DNA of 64,000 nucleotides from a virus: positions 128,001-192,000 of the IMG/VR virus record IMGVR_UViG_3300045988_172839; one strand, given 5' to 3'. Both the position numbers and the translations under genes were made by a program. The notes below the pieces were generated by a model that worked only from the letters and a program-made list of their open reading frames with translations, was not told the DNA's origin and made no database searches. This document shows positions 1-8,665 of this stretch, piece by piece; the first letter of the stretch is position 1, and the number at the start of each line of letters is the position of its first letter.

Positions 1-171
1 TGTACAAATCATCTTAGGCATAGCAACATCTTCAAAATCCTCCAAACCTACATACAAAAATGTACCACCCAATTCATCTTGGTTTTGGTGTAACTCAGAG
101 TAGGTACGAACTAAATCCTTAATCTTCTTGGGAAGAATGACTCCCTCTTTTTTCTTCTGTCTTTTGTTCAT
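1..171 (-). CDS. hypothetical protein, 5' portion only (gene continues past window start)
   Basis: ATG at 171 opens a frame that stays open to base 1 (MNKRQKKKEGVILPKKIKDLVRTYSELHQNQDELGG...). It overlaps the methylase 3' end and has a weak RBS. Not in the ORF track. Confidence 0.3.
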   Translation of the reverse strand, partial: MNKRQKKKEGVILPKKIKDLVRTYSELHQNQDELGGTFLYVGLEDFEDVAMPKMICT

Positions 172-943
172 CTTTTATCTTTACTGCTTTCCGTATTCTT
201 TCTTTGGCAATTTCAAAATATTGCTCAGTTAATTCCATCCCAATAAAGTTACGATTAGTATTTACGCAAGCTACTCCTGTTGAACCTGAACCCATGCAAT
301 TATCCAAGACCAAATCTCCCTCATTGGTGTAAGTCCTTAACAACCACTCTAACAAAGCTACAGGTTTCTGAGTAGGATGATAGTTTTCTTTCTGCTGATC
401 CTTTGCGAAGATCTGAACACTGAGGGGATACCGCTCTGTCGAGTCGTAATCGACTTGACTTTCTCCGTAAGAGTTGTAATTGGAAGCTAAAACTTCTGAT
501 TTCCCTTGGTGTCTCTCTACAGACTTTTTCCTACTAGACTTACTCGACACCTTACGAGGATGCCCCTTTGTCATCTGAGGGTTATAAGTTGGTAACTTCT
601 TATAGAAAACCAAAATATTCTCATGCGCCTTCATAGGCATCTTTTTAGCATTTAGAAAACCAGTTGGAGCAGTCTTTTGCCAAATAATTTCATATCTGAG
701 GTCTTTGAGGTTGGATACACCTAGAACCTTGTCAAATGGAGTTTGTGCGAATAAGAGAATGGCACCATGCTCTTTAATAATGCGGTTGTATTGTTCCCAA
801 AGGGAATCCAAATCAAGTACGCTATCCCATTTATTCCTTGTTGTTCCGTAGGGTAAGTCACACAAAATTAAATCGATACTTTTGCTTGGGATGTTCTTCA
901 TCAGCTCTAGGCAATTACCTTGTCTTAAATCAATAGAAACCAT
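119..943 (-). CDS. DNA N6-adenine/N4-cytosine methyltransferase, beta-class, orphan
   Basis: N-terminal catalytic DLPYG (DPPY-type) motif, HPTQKP, and C-terminal AdoMet loop LDNCMGSGSTG. This motif order is typical of beta-class amino-methyltransferases. Confidence 0.9.
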   Translation of the reverse strand: MVSIDLRQGNCLELMKNIPSKSIDLILCDLPYGTTRNKWDSVLDLDSLWEQYNRIIKEHGAILLFAQTPFDKVLGVSNLKDLRYEIIWQKTAPTGFLNAKKMPMKAHENILVFYKKLPTYNPQMTKGHPRKVSSKSSRKKSVERHQGKSEVLASNYNSYGESQVDYDSTERYPLSVQIFAKDQQKENYHPTQKPVALLEWLLRTYTNEGDLVLDNCMGSGSTGVACVNTNRNFIGMELTEQYFEIAKERIRKAVKIKDEQKTEEKRGSHSSQED

Positions 944-946
944 AAA

Positions 947-1282
947 TTAAACCATACCATTCAAAGAAGCAACTGACTCTGGAGACAAATAGAGTGAAAG
1001 AGGATTGTCAGAACAACTTCTATAGCTACTTTCAAAGTGTAAAGGAGAACCATCATTATACCAGTAACGACCACCCTTATAACCTTCAAACGGTCTTCCA
1101 GAACTTAAATCATCAAGTGCATCTGCTAATGTTGAAATAGGTACATAATCAGAATCCACATCAAAATACAAGGCAGGTTCAGAATAGATACCCCTCCAAG
1201 AACCATAACCCTTCAACGGACGAACCATCAAAGGTAAAGTTGTTAAATATTTGCAATAGTTAATATCCATTTTTAACTCCAA
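947..1282 (-). CDS. hypothetical protein
   Basis: ORF track; TGGAG RBS 6 nt before the ATG; sits directly downstream of the promoter at 1305-1333. Confidence 0.7.
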   Translation of the reverse strand: MELKMDINYCKYLTTLPLMVRPLKGYGSWRGIYSEPALYFDVDSDYVPISTLADALDDLSSGRPFEGYKGGRYWYNDGSPLHFESSYRSCSDNPLSLYLSPESVASLNGMV

Positions 1283-1304
1283 ATCTTATATAAAAATTCA
1301 TTTT

Positions 1305-1333
1305 AGTATATCACAAAAACCTTTTAAAGTCAA
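1305..1333 (-). promoter_or_regulatory. sigma-A-type promoter TTGACT-17-TATACT
   Basis: On the plus strand: agtata at 1305-1310 and agtcaa at 1328-1333, with an exact 17-nt spacer. Confidence 0.75.
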
Positions 1334-1337
1334 GGGT

Positions 1338-2069
1338 TTACGCAATAAAATCAACTAACCAGTTTGAACGTAAGTAACTTACAAATTCAAAATCTGCAAT
1401 CAAATCAACATTCTCATAACACACCTTTAGTTTAGCTAAAAACCCGTCTAACTCTTCCAACGTAGGAAACCAAAGGAAACAGTTTAAATCATAATAATTA
1501 AACAATAGATTGACAAACAAAGTTGCAGTTCGCTTATTACAGTCATGGAAATATTGTCTTCGCATGAGAAAAAGATAAAACATTAAAATTTGCTCAATTT
1601 TTACATAACGACTGGTATCATCAGAACTTAGTATTTCTTGTACAAAAGACAATAAATCGTTAAATTCAGCTTGCGCTTCTTTTCGAGATACCGAAGGTGG
1701 TTGATAAGTTGTACCACTTATGTTTACTGGGAAATCCTCAGAACGGAAATGACCTTCTAGTTGAGGTTTGTCAGTAACTCCGTTTGAAATCAATTCATGT
1801 AAGTCCTCAATAGCAGTTATGCTCACATCAGAAGAACTAAAGAGATGTACAAAAACCCACGCTTCATAAAGGTTTAGAAGTTCTTTTCGGGTTTTGTAAC
1901 CAAAAGGAAAGGGCTCAAAATGAGTATTTACACATTGTTGGACTTCTTGCTTTGTTAAAACGTAATCTTCAAAGACAGTTGAATGAGCTACGATGTCCAG
2001 TAAATTATGTCCTAAGTAGTCTTGAAATAGAGTAGTCATACTGTTTACCTCAATCTTCTTTGTAATCAA
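1338..2069 (-). CDS. Fic/DOC-like protein with degenerate active-site motif
   Basis: RRQYFHDCNKRTATLF aligns with HxFx(D/E)GN(G/K)RxxR, but the catalytic His position is Gln. Motif-level call only. Confidence 0.4.
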   Translation of the reverse strand: MITKKIEVNSMTTLFQDYLGHNLLDIVAHSTVFEDYVLTKQEVQQCVNTHFEPFPFGYKTRKELLNLYEAWVFVHLFSSSDVSITAIEDLHELISNGVTDKPQLEGHFRSEDFPVNISGTTYQPPSVSRKEAQAEFNDLLSFVQEILSSDDTSRYVKIEQILMFYLFLMRRQYFHDCNKRTATLFVNLLFNYYDLNCFLWFPTLEELDGFLAKLKVCYENVDLIADFEFVSYLRSNWLVDFIA

Positions 2070-2508
2070 AAGTCAAAAACACGTCACCAAAGTAAGTGTG
2101 GGAAATCTTTAACCTTAAAGGGGAAACTACGCTTAATACATCGTTAAACTCCACTAAATATCGTGCTGCTAACATATTCATTCTTTTTCTGAGAGTACCC
2201 TCTCTGGGAAAATATTCTGAGAAAATAACGGAAATTGGGAACCAAGAAGGATACCCAATGAAGGTTGTGGAAAGTTTTAGCTGACCTTCATAGTCAACAA
2301 CCAAGTACAATATTTGATATTTGTGTCCGTATCGAACATAACGAAAACTTTGCATAAGACTTGTATCCGTCAAATGTGCAGTTAATTCAAACGGACTTTG
2401 GTACTGTGCTAAAACTTCTCTCAAAAGTGCTACATTTTTAGGGCATTCCCACAATTTCGAAACGAACGCTAAATCGCGTTCTTCTTTTGTTTTGAACAAT
2501 TTAAACAT
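2050..2508 (-). CDS. hypothetical protein
   Basis: ORF track; AAGGAAG RBS; 3' end overlaps the Fic-like gene start by 20 nt (possible coupling). Confidence 0.7.
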   Translation of the reverse strand: MFKLFKTKEERDLAFVSKLWECPKNVALLREVLAQYQSPFELTAHLTDTSLMQSFRYVRYGHKYQILYLVVDYEGQLKLSTTFIGYPSWFPISVIFSEYFPREGTLRKRMNMLAARYLVEFNDVLSVVSPLRLKISHTYFGDVFLTFDYKED

Positions 2509-2541
2509 CTGAAACTACTTCCTTAATTTCTTCATTTTTTT

Positions 2542-2570
2542 ATTATACCAAAATAAATAAAATTTGTCAA
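2542..2570 (-). promoter_or_regulatory. sigma-A-type promoter TTGACA-17-TATAAT
   Basis: attata at 2542-2547 and tgtcaa at 2565-2570 on the plus strand, 17-nt spacer; perfect consensus hexamers. Confidence 0.85.
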
Positions 2571-2575
2571 TATAA

Positions 2576-2595
2576 AAAGAGGTTTATACCTCTTT
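2576..2595 (-). terminator. rho-independent terminator
   Basis: Stem aaagagg/cctcttt with a 6-nt loop, followed by a U-run on the minus strand, just 3' of gene 2609..2869. Confidence 0.75.
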
Positions 2596-2608
2596 TCTTA
2601 ACTATAGT

Positions 2609-2869
2609 TTACCCTTCTGGATTACCTGTGAATTTATAATAATACATAGAAGCTCCCGATAGATTAGTTTTGTAATTAAACTTGAGATACCCTTGCTTAA
2701 TCCACTTCTCAGCTTTAGCTTTCGCTAATTTTGGAGAAATCTTTTGCCAACCACTTTGATATTGTTGACTTGTCAACAAGTAACAGGCACCGTTAAATAA
2801 AACGTTATCACTTTCTGTAATCGTGTATGTTCTGCGCCCGATTTTTAACTCAAAAGGTTCAAATTTCAT
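2609..2869 (-). CDS. hypothetical protein
   Basis: ORF track. Start moved to the ATG at 2869, which is preceded by AAAGGTGG 8 nt upstream. The GTG at 2881 lies inside that RBS. Confidence 0.65.
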   Translation of the reverse strand: MKFEPFELKIGRRTYTITESDNVLFNGACYLLTSQQYQSGWQKISPKLAKAKAEKWIKQGYLKFNYKTNLSGASMYYYKFTGNPEG

Positions 2870-2888
2870 AAACCATACCACCTTTCTC

Positions 2889-3617
2889 TTACTTTAAACC
2901 AACAACTTTCTTCGCTAGTTTATCGACTGTTTGGTTAATCTTCAAACCACGATGACCGCGCACCCAAATAAAGTCAATTTCCTCAATGCCACTTTCTTTT
3001 GCTTTTTGTAACAAGTAAGCGTGGTATTTCCCAACTGGTTTCTTCAAAGAGGTTCCCCAACAAGCCTGTTCGTTGACCTTGACAGTTTTAGGCGCAGCCC
3101 ACCTAAAGATACCCTCATAGTCGCAAACCACAGTTATCTTACTAAGTTGGCGCTTAATCGCATCTTCAATCGCTAAACCAAACCCACAAACTTCACCTGC
3201 TACATTTCTTGAAGTAGCGAAATTAGGTTTATTATTTGCGATGGCTTGAGCGTCTAACAAAACTCCATTTTCATAGCAAGCAAACGCTCCACCATAAGTT
3301 TGAGTTTGTGTATTGAAAGAACCGTCAATCGAGTACAGAATACCATCGATACCCCAAAGAAGTGGGTCAGAATCTTCTGCCATTTTGATAGTTCCTTTAA
3401 TTCCATTATCTGAGACATAAGGAACAATTTCAGAGGTTTTCTTCATGGACAAGATTGGTTCCTCACCTCTCAAATAAGCTTCAGCTTGTTCTCTTGTAGG
3501 AAAACTCTTGAACTCAATACCTTTTGTTCCTTTTACTACGTTTTCACAATCAGACCAATTTTCAAAGATTTGATTGGTGTTTCGGACTGCGTAATATTTC
3601 TTTTTCTTTTGTGTCAC
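2889..3617 (-). CDS. rnhA: ribonuclease H1 with N-terminal hybrid-binding domain
   Basis: N-terminus YYAV...IFENWSDCENVVKG...FKSFPTREQAEAYL matches the RNase H1 N-terminal domain. The C-terminal half has IDGSFN, GGAFA and VRGHRG...NQTVDKLAKK, which are RNase HI-like. Confidence 0.85.
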   Translation of the reverse strand: MTQKKKKYYAVRNTNQIFENWSDCENVVKGTKGIEFKSFPTREQAEAYLRGEEPILSMKKTSEIVPYVSDNGIKGTIKMAEDSDPLLWGIDGILYSIDGSFNTQTQTYGGAFACYENGVLLDAQAIANNKPNFATSRNVAGEVCGFGLAIEDAIKRQLSKITVVCDYEGIFRWAAPKTVKVNEQACWGTSLKKPVGKYHAYLLQKAKESGIEEIDFIWVRGHRGLKINQTVDKLAKKVVGLK

Positions 3618-3913
3618 TTACTATCTCTCCTAGAAACTAACCAATGGACTCCAAGTATAGAAAATACAACTAAGCTATAAAAGTAGTCAAACACCACAAT
3701 TTTAAGGTTTGAGACCTCAAATTGTAAAAGCGCAAAATCTATTACAATCAAAATAAGACATAATATACACAAAAACCAAAAAGCAAAACTTAAAAAAGGT
3801 CGATGTTTATTATAGGTTGAAAATCTACCAAGTCTAAGATACCGCTGACTTGCTGCGATTAAACTATATAACCAAATACAAGTCAGAAAACTGGATAAAA
3901 CAAAATAAAACAT
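3614..3913 (-). CDS. small membrane protein
   Basis: Hydrophobic, 3 predicted TM segments. Start set at ATG 3913 (AAAGG RBS 8 nt upstream), which avoids overlap with the upstream gene. Confidence 0.6.
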   Translation of the reverse strand: MFYFVLSSFLTCIWLYSLIAASQRYLRLGRFSTYNKHRPFLSFAFWFLCILCLILIVIDFALLQFEVSNLKIVVFDYFYSLVVFSILGVHWLVSRRDSK

Positions 3914-3924
3914 AACTAATACCT

Positions 3925-4251
3925 TTAATCTAAACCCCAATGTCCTCTAACGTATCTCCAAATAACACAGAAAATTAAAGTAGATATAAGTGCGTAAATG
4001 TAACCAACTACATCAAACCATTTAGAGGATAAAGACGAAATCACACCTAACCCGATAATTAATCCAACCCCTACTTCCATTGTGAAATCTGAAATTGCAT
4101 TCAAGTCACTGTCTTTCAATTTAATACTACTACGAAGTGAGGGAACAAAGAGAGGAACCCAAAAATATAGCACGTGGAAAATCCAAAGACTAGCAAAACC
4201 AATGAGTAATCCTAAGTTAAAAATGTTATTTAGCTCTGGGTTGAAATTCAT
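3925..4251 (-). CDS. small membrane protein
   Basis: Hydrophobic ORF; AGAAAGGA RBS 7 nt before ATG 4251. Confidence 0.6.
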   Translation of the reverse strand: MNFNPELNNIFNLGLLIGFASLWIFHVLYFWVPLFVPSLRSSIKLKDSDLNAISDFTMEVGVGLIIGLGVISSLSSKWFDVVGYIYALISTLIFCVIWRYVRGHWGLD

Positions 4252-4266
4252 AATCAAATCCTTTCT

Positions 4267-4503
4267 CTAAATCAACTCAATAGAGAGAACTACAAAATTT
4301 GGTTGTAGACCTTCAAAATCTCGAAGAATATATGTTACTTTAACATAAACAGAACGTCCTGTGTAAGAACCCTCCGTATATTCCATCAACTTTAAAATAT
4401 CTCCAACTTGAAAGTTTCTATCGTTGTAACGCACCTCGAAAGATTTTTCTTTAGTGACTACTTTCTCAAAGTAGTTAGGAGCAATTTTTAACTCATGTAC
4501 CAT
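4267..4503 (-). CDS. ASCH/DUF3850-like small protein
   Basis: HELKIAPNYFEKVVTKEKSFEVRYNDRNFQVGDILKLMEY resembles the ASCH-type beta-barrel family. Ends in TAG, which is clearly used as a stop here. Confidence 0.5.
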   Translation of the reverse strand: MVHELKIAPNYFEKVVTKEKSFEVRYNDRNFQVGDILKLMEYTEGSYTGRSVYVKVTYILRDFEGLQPNFVVLSIELI

Positions 4504-4523
4504 GCCTGAAATACCTACCTTTC

Positions 4524-4859
4524 TTATATAAAGAAATAAGCTGCTTTACCTATTGTTTTCTTAAGTGTGTTAAAACCATAAGTCCTGTAACTCCTAGACC
4601 ACATTTCAGCAATATCAAGCAAAATCAACAATGCGGATACCCAAATATGGAAATTGGAAAGTTCAGTTAAAGACTGAAACTCAAAGAAAACGACAAAATA
4701 AAACAAAGCTAACAGTGACTTTAAGGTAAACCGAACTTTGCTAAAATAACAAAAGTAACTTTTAGTGTCTGGCCAAAGTGCAAAAGTAAAGCACACAAGA
4801 TAAAAGAAAGCGACAACTGTTAGGTGGATTGCTCTTAGTAATAAAAACCAAGTAAGCAT
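4524..4859 (-). CDS. small membrane protein
   Basis: Hydrophobic; start set at ATG 4859 after an AAGGGAG RBS. The longer track ORF overlaps the upstream gene. Confidence 0.6.
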   Translation of the reverse strand: MLTWFLLLRAIHLTVVAFFYLVCFTFALWPDTKSYFCYFSKVRFTLKSLLALFYFVVFFEFQSLTELSNFHIWVSALLILLDIAEMWSRSYRTYGFNTLKKTIGKAAYFFI

Positions 4860-4872
4860 TAAATCTCCCTTT

Positions 4873-5214
4873 CTAAAACTTAACAGACTCTTTAAATTCC
4901 TTTGGAAAAACCTTAGAAACATATAAATTAAAGAGGTTCATAAAATCAATTTCAACATTACCGTAAAAGTCTCTTCGAGTATCATCACCAAATAGTATGT
5001 ATAAGAAAGCAACGCAAAACATACTAGAACAGTAAATTAGTAAAAGTACCAACCCAAGCATTAAAAAGTTATAGGTAAATGAAACCTCTATAAATAAAGA
5101 GCTTGATTTAACTAAGAGAGTTAAAATAAAGTAAGAAAGTAAAGCACCCAAAAAGGAACCTACTAAAGAAGTCTTGAAAGCGTTAAACCTATGTTTTAAA
5201 TATTCTCTGGACAA
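4873..5214 (-). CDS. small membrane protein
   Basis: Hydrophobic; probable TTG start at 5214 (TGGAG RBS), immediately after the upstream TAA. Confidence 0.5.
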   Translation of the reverse strand: MSREYLKHRFNAFKTSLVGSFLGALLSYFILTLLVKSSSLFIEVSFTYNFLMLGLVLLLIYCSSMFCVAFLYILFGDDTRRDFYGNVEIDFMNLFNLYVSKVFPKEFKESVKF

Positions 5215-5215
5215 T

Positions 5216-5419
5216 TTAATTACTCCAATCGTAAGGTTCAGCCGTATCAAATTCTGCAACCAACTGAGGATACCCCATCTCTGTTTTTATAGCTCCGTTT
5301 ACAAGCCCAAACAAGTTTAGACGACCATCTTCTGAATCATCAAATCCTGAAATCTTTACTTCCACAGAACTTGTTGGTGGAAATTGCGACAAGTACGCAA
5401 TCAATTCTGAAACAGTCAT
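5216..5419 (-). CDS. hypothetical protein
   Basis: ORF track; its start shares one base with the upstream stop codon. Confidence 0.65.
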   Translation of the reverse strand: MTVSELIAYLSQFPPTSSVEVKISGFDDSEDGRLNLFGLVNGAIKTEMGYPQLVAEFDTAEPYDWSN

Positions 5420-5856
5420 TATACTTCACCCTCCTGTTTAATCAACAACTCCAAATACTTGTCAATAATCTCAACACACTCTTTGAAAATACGCTCATTA
5501 TCTAAACTCATTGTCAATGTTTGAGCTGTTCTCAAAACACCTAATTGTTCTTCTGACAAATCTGAAAAGTTCTCTTTGTTTACTTCAGGTGCTAACTCTA
5601 AATACTCAGAAGCGCTTAATTTAGGAGCGCAGAGAGCAAGGTACTTATAAGAGGCTTTGGCTTTTCTCAACCAAATACGAGCTTTTTCTAAGTCTTGGAT
5701 ACCACCTTTATGCTTGTAACGAATCACATATTCTGTAACTGTAGCAATCATATGAGGAAAGCAAGAATACAAAGAAAAATCCCAAGACTCAATTTTATTT
5801 TGTGTATAGCGAGAAGGGTTTACCAACTCTTCATTTTCAACATACTTCTTAGTCAT
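5419..5856 (-). CDS. DUF3310-like (SaV-like) protein
   Basis: NPSRYTQNKIESWDF... resembles the phage DUF3310 family; motif-level only. Confidence 0.45.
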   Translation of the reverse strand: MTKKYVENEELVNPSRYTQNKIESWDFSLYSCFPHMIATVTEYVIRYKHKGGIQDLEKARIWLRKAKASYKYLALCAPKLSASEYLELAPEVNKENFSDLSEEQLGVLRTAQTLTMSLDNERIFKECVEIIDKYLELLIKQEGEV

Positions 5857-5887
5857 AGTGTCTAAACCACCTATCTAAATTTAATTT

Positions 5888-5916
5888 ATTATAGCACAAA
5901 ACTCCTTGAAAGTCAA
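5888..5916 (-). promoter_or_regulatory. sigma-A-type promoter TTGACT-17-TATAAT
   Basis: attata at 5888-5893 and agtcaa at 5911-5916, 17-nt spacer. The -35 box lies inside the terminator hairpin. Confidence 0.8.
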
Positions 5917-5920
5917 GGAG
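5902..5920 (-). terminator. rho-independent terminator overlapping the next promoter
   Basis: Stem ctccttga/tcaaggag followed by UUUUG on the minus strand, 3' of gene 5930..6193. Confidence 0.7.
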
Positions 5921-5929
5921 TTTGCTGAT

Positions 5930-6193
5930 TTAGTAATAAAAATCACCATAACGTTCTTTGTAAGGATCAGACCAAGAAATAACTCTAGCTTTTGCAATTT
6001 GAGACTCGAAGTTCAAGGAAAGTAACCATTCACCTGACGGATACGCAAAGTACATAGGGGAATCTTTATCAACGACTACAACTTGACAACCATAGCGTTC
6101 ACTGTAACCAAATTGGAGGACTTCTTGAGTGGAATATTGAATTTCTCCACCTTTTGTTTTATATTTTATCTCAATGTAGGAACCGACTATCAT
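5930..6193 (-). CDS. hypothetical protein
   Basis: ORF track; 2-nt gap after the DHFR gene. Confidence 0.65.
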   Translation of the reverse strand: MIVGSYIEIKYKTKGGEIQYSTQEVLQFGYSERYGCQVVVVDKDSPMYFAYPSGEWLLSLNFESQIAKARVISWSDPYKERYGDFYY

Positions 6194-6195
6194 AA

Positions 6196-6696
6196 CTATA
6201 CCCTTTCATAGTGTTCAACCACAAAATCAAACTCATTTTGATTATCTTTCTCATAAACCGTGCTAGAAATTAAAGAAAAATTAGAAAAGTCAAAGTCTTT
6301 AGGGAAATAAGTACCCCCATCTACTTCAGCTTGAACTTGTGTAATAACCAACTCATCTACATAAGGTTCAAATAGTTTATAAACTTGACTGCCACCTACG
6401 ATATATAGGGTCTTATCTTGATTTTTATACCAATCCAAAACTTCTTCTATACGTGTTACAATAGTTGCACCGTATACTTGGTAGTCCGATTGTGTAGTCA
6501 AAATCAAAATTTCTCTGTTAGGGAGAAGTCTTTTGTTCATACCCCCAAATGTGACTCGTCCCATTAAAATAGCTTGATTTAGTGTTGTCTCTTTAAAATG
6601 CTTAAGATCTTTTGGTAAGTACCAAGGCAAGTGATTATCTTTACCGATGATACCGCTTTTGTCTTGCGCCCAAATTGCTACGAGTTTCTTGTTCAT
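6196..6696 (-). CDS. folA: dihydrofolate reductase
   Basis: VAIWAQDKSGIIGKDNHLPWYLPKDLKHFKETT, LMGRVTF and LYIVGGSQVY are canonical DHFR motifs; length is 166 aa. Confidence 0.95.
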   Translation of the reverse strand: MNKKLVAIWAQDKSGIIGKDNHLPWYLPKDLKHFKETTLNQAILMGRVTFGGMNKRLLPNREILILTTQSDYQVYGATIVTRIEEVLDWYKNQDKTLYIVGGSQVYKLFEPYVDELVITQVQAEVDGGTYFPKDFDFSNFSLISSTVYEKDNQNEFDFVVEHYERV

Positions 6697-6722
6697 CTTT
6701 TCCTTTCCAAATAAAACCTTCT

Positions 6723-6824
6723 AAAACACCCTCTGTTCCAGTTTAAATTCAAACTTTATAAGTTATCGAATTTAGATTTAAAATCGAAACTGGGGCAATC
6801 TGAGCGGTTTTAGAGGGGTGTTTT
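6723..6824 (-). promoter_or_regulatory. structured intergenic element (nested long-range hairpins) upstream of folA
   Basis: Outer stem 6723-6734 pairs with 6812-6824 (12 bp, one bulge). Inner stem 6738-6744 pairs with 6787-6793. Function unknown. Confidence 0.4.
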
Positions 6825-6827
6825 CTA

Positions 6828-7301
6828 TTATCGTTTATTTGCCAAATGAAAATCAATCAAATCATTTAGAGAGGTAAATAATGTTTCTTCATAAATATAA
6901 TACTCAGCAAGCGTTTCATGGTTTAATTGCTCATAAAGATAGTCTAGGAAACCTGTTGCAGCTACATCGTTGTCTGTATAAGCTTGAGAAATAGTAAATT
7001 TGTCGATACCGTAGATAAAGAGGTTACGCTCCGACATACGTTCATCTACTTTTATACTTTCACGTCTTAGAAAGACTAGTTTCACTGCAAATTCTCTATC
7101 GGTGTAATCATCTGTGGGTAACATGTGTCCAATATTGTTTGAGAAGTAATAAACTTGTGTATCTTCATTAACCCCACCACTAGCAACTTTTAGTAAAGTT
7201 AAACCCTCATTCAAAATACTATTGGCAACCAACTCTGTCACTGCTTGGGATACAACAAAATTATTTACATTAGTTCTATTAGTCTCTAACATATATTCCA
7301 C
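6828..7301 (-). CDS. hypothetical protein
   Basis: ORF track; downstream of the promoter at 7322-7350. Confidence 0.7.
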   Translation of the reverse strand: MEYMLETNRTNVNNFVVSQAVTELVANSILNEGLTLLKVASGGVNEDTQVYYFSNNIGHMLPTDDYTDREFAVKLVFLRRESIKVDERMSERNLFIYGIDKFTISQAYTDNDVAATGFLDYLYEQLNHETLAEYYIYEETLFTSLNDLIDFHLANKR

Positions 7302-7321
7302 CTCAAAATTTTCTTGTATTT

Positions 7322-7350
7322 AGTATAGCAAAAGAAACTTTATTTGTCAA
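7322..7350 (-). promoter_or_regulatory. sigma-A-type promoter TTGACA-17-TATACT
   Basis: agtata at 7322-7327 and tgtcaa at 7345-7350, 17-nt spacer. Confidence 0.8.
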
Positions 7351-7415
7351 GTAAGCATAGAACATAAAAATCAAAAGAACCCCAACCGAAGTTGAAGTTC
7401 TCTAGCAAGAAAAAC

Positions 7416-7625
7416 CTATCTAAGTTCTCTCACTTCAAGCGCCAAATTCCGATTCCAATCGAAAATTCTCTGTGCTTGTCCTTCTGCGCTTGACTTCATC
7501 TTCCAAAAGCGAATAGAATGCAAATCACGTGTGAACTCAATGTCATAACTTTTAGTCTTACGATTGAAAGCTACATAAGACACATATAGATCGTTACTTG
7601 GATTATATAAAGCAAAATTTCGCAT
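7416..7625 (-). CDS. hypothetical protein
   Basis: ORF track. Confidence 0.6.
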   Translation of the reverse strand: MRNFALYNPSNDLYVSYVAFNRKTKSYDIEFTRDLHSIRFWKMKSSAEGQAQRIFDWNRNLALEVRELR

Positions 7626-7645
7626 GGGGATACACTCCTAAGTTT

Positions 7646-7924
7646 CTAATTTGTATCAAAACGAAGAACGTGGTTTTCGTAAGTTTGAAGCTCTAAATGG
7701 TCATTGTAATTATCTTTCAAGACATAACCATCTAATTTAACCGCTCTATCCAAGAACTCTTTCAATTCAGACTTCTTCTTCACATAGATTGTGTATCTAG
7801 GAGAAATGGCAAATCCTACTCCCATTTGCCCTGTAATTGCGAACTTACGACCATCTTCCAAAATCACAAATTGGACAAAATCATAACCATAAGTGGTTTC
7901 AAAACGAAATTGAATGTTGTTCAT
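7646..7924 (-). CDS. hypothetical protein, paralog of 7945..8208
   Basis: FVQFVILEDGRKFAITGQ...IYVKKKSEL compared with YVQAVILPDGRKLVITGT...ITVAKKSDL. Confidence 0.7.
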   Translation of the reverse strand: MNNIQFRFETTYGYDFVQFVILEDGRKFAITGQMGVGFAISPRYTIYVKKKSELKEFLDRAVKLDGYVLKDNYNDHLELQTYENHVLRFDTN

Positions 7925-7944
7925 GTTTTACCTACTTTCTTTGT

Positions 7945-8208
7945 TTAATCCCAAGGCATTGTTTGGTCAATAGCTTTCAATTCCTCATAAAATTGAGAGC
8001 CATTTACTTCCTGATACCCCCAAGTAGTTAGGTCTTTAACAACCCATGACAAATCTGACTTCTTCGCTACTGTAATCTCAGAAAAAGCTGAAATTGGCGC
8101 GCCTGCTCCATAAGAAGTACCTGTAATCACTAACTTACGACCGTCTGGGAGAATGACTGCTTGTACATAATGATCTTTGTATTTTAATCTAATTCCTCTT
8201 GTTGTCAT
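7945..8208 (-). CDS. hypothetical protein, paralog of 7646..7924
   Basis: See the pair alignment under 7646..7924. Confidence 0.7.
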   Translation of the reverse strand: MTTRGIRLKYKDHYVQAVILPDGRKLVITGTSYGAGAPISAFSEITVAKKSDLSWVVKDLTTWGYQEVNGSQFYEELKAIDQTMPWD

Positions 8209-8227
8209 TTGTTTTCCTACTTTCTAT

Positions 8228-8653
8228 CTAATCTTCCCAATAAACAAAACTTCTCAAATTGAGATACAACGCATCTCTAAAAGCTACTACGCGACTTTGA
8301 CTTGAGATACCAAGAATTAAATCTACCAAACTCGTTTTGACTCCACTCAAAGGTATATCTACTTTTCGGTTTGTTTTAGTCTTATCTACATAGTATAAAT
8401 GTACCCAAGGGGCATCTTCTTTGATATAAACTTGAATAGTGAAGGGTTGAAGAGCTTGATTATCTAATGTAACCAAATCCATGTACAGAGCGTTTTCGCT
8501 CTGTGAAGTGCGATATGTTAAACCTAAACGAGAAGATCCTTTTACAAGTCTTCGAATATCAACAGGTAGACCGTGTTTCGCCATAGACTGACAAACCGTA
8601 AACAATTCTTCTAAGAGAGCTTGTCTCTCTTTATTTTTAAACAAAGTTTCCAT
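8228..8653 (-). CDS. hypothetical protein, tandem paralog family A
   Basis: N-terminal helix ERQALLEELFTV and C-terminal VAFRDALYLNL helix, as in family A. ATG 8653 follows a GAAAGGTG RBS. Confidence 0.65.
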   Translation of the reverse strand: METLFKNKERQALLEELFTVCQSMAKHGLPVDIRRLVKGSSRLGLTYRTSQSENALYMDLVTLDNQALQPFTIQVYIKEDAPWVHLYYVDKTKTNRKVDIPLSGVKTSLVDLILGISSQSRVVAFRDALYLNLRSFVYWED

Positions 8654-8665
8654 ACTTAACACCTT

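Noticed and set aside
6806-6816. GGTTTTAGAGG as a fragment of a type II-A CRISPR repeat
   Set aside because: Only 9 nt match the start of GTTTTAGAGCTA-type repeats. There is no second repeat copy at spacer distance, and the sequence is part of a local hairpin. I treat the match as coincidence.
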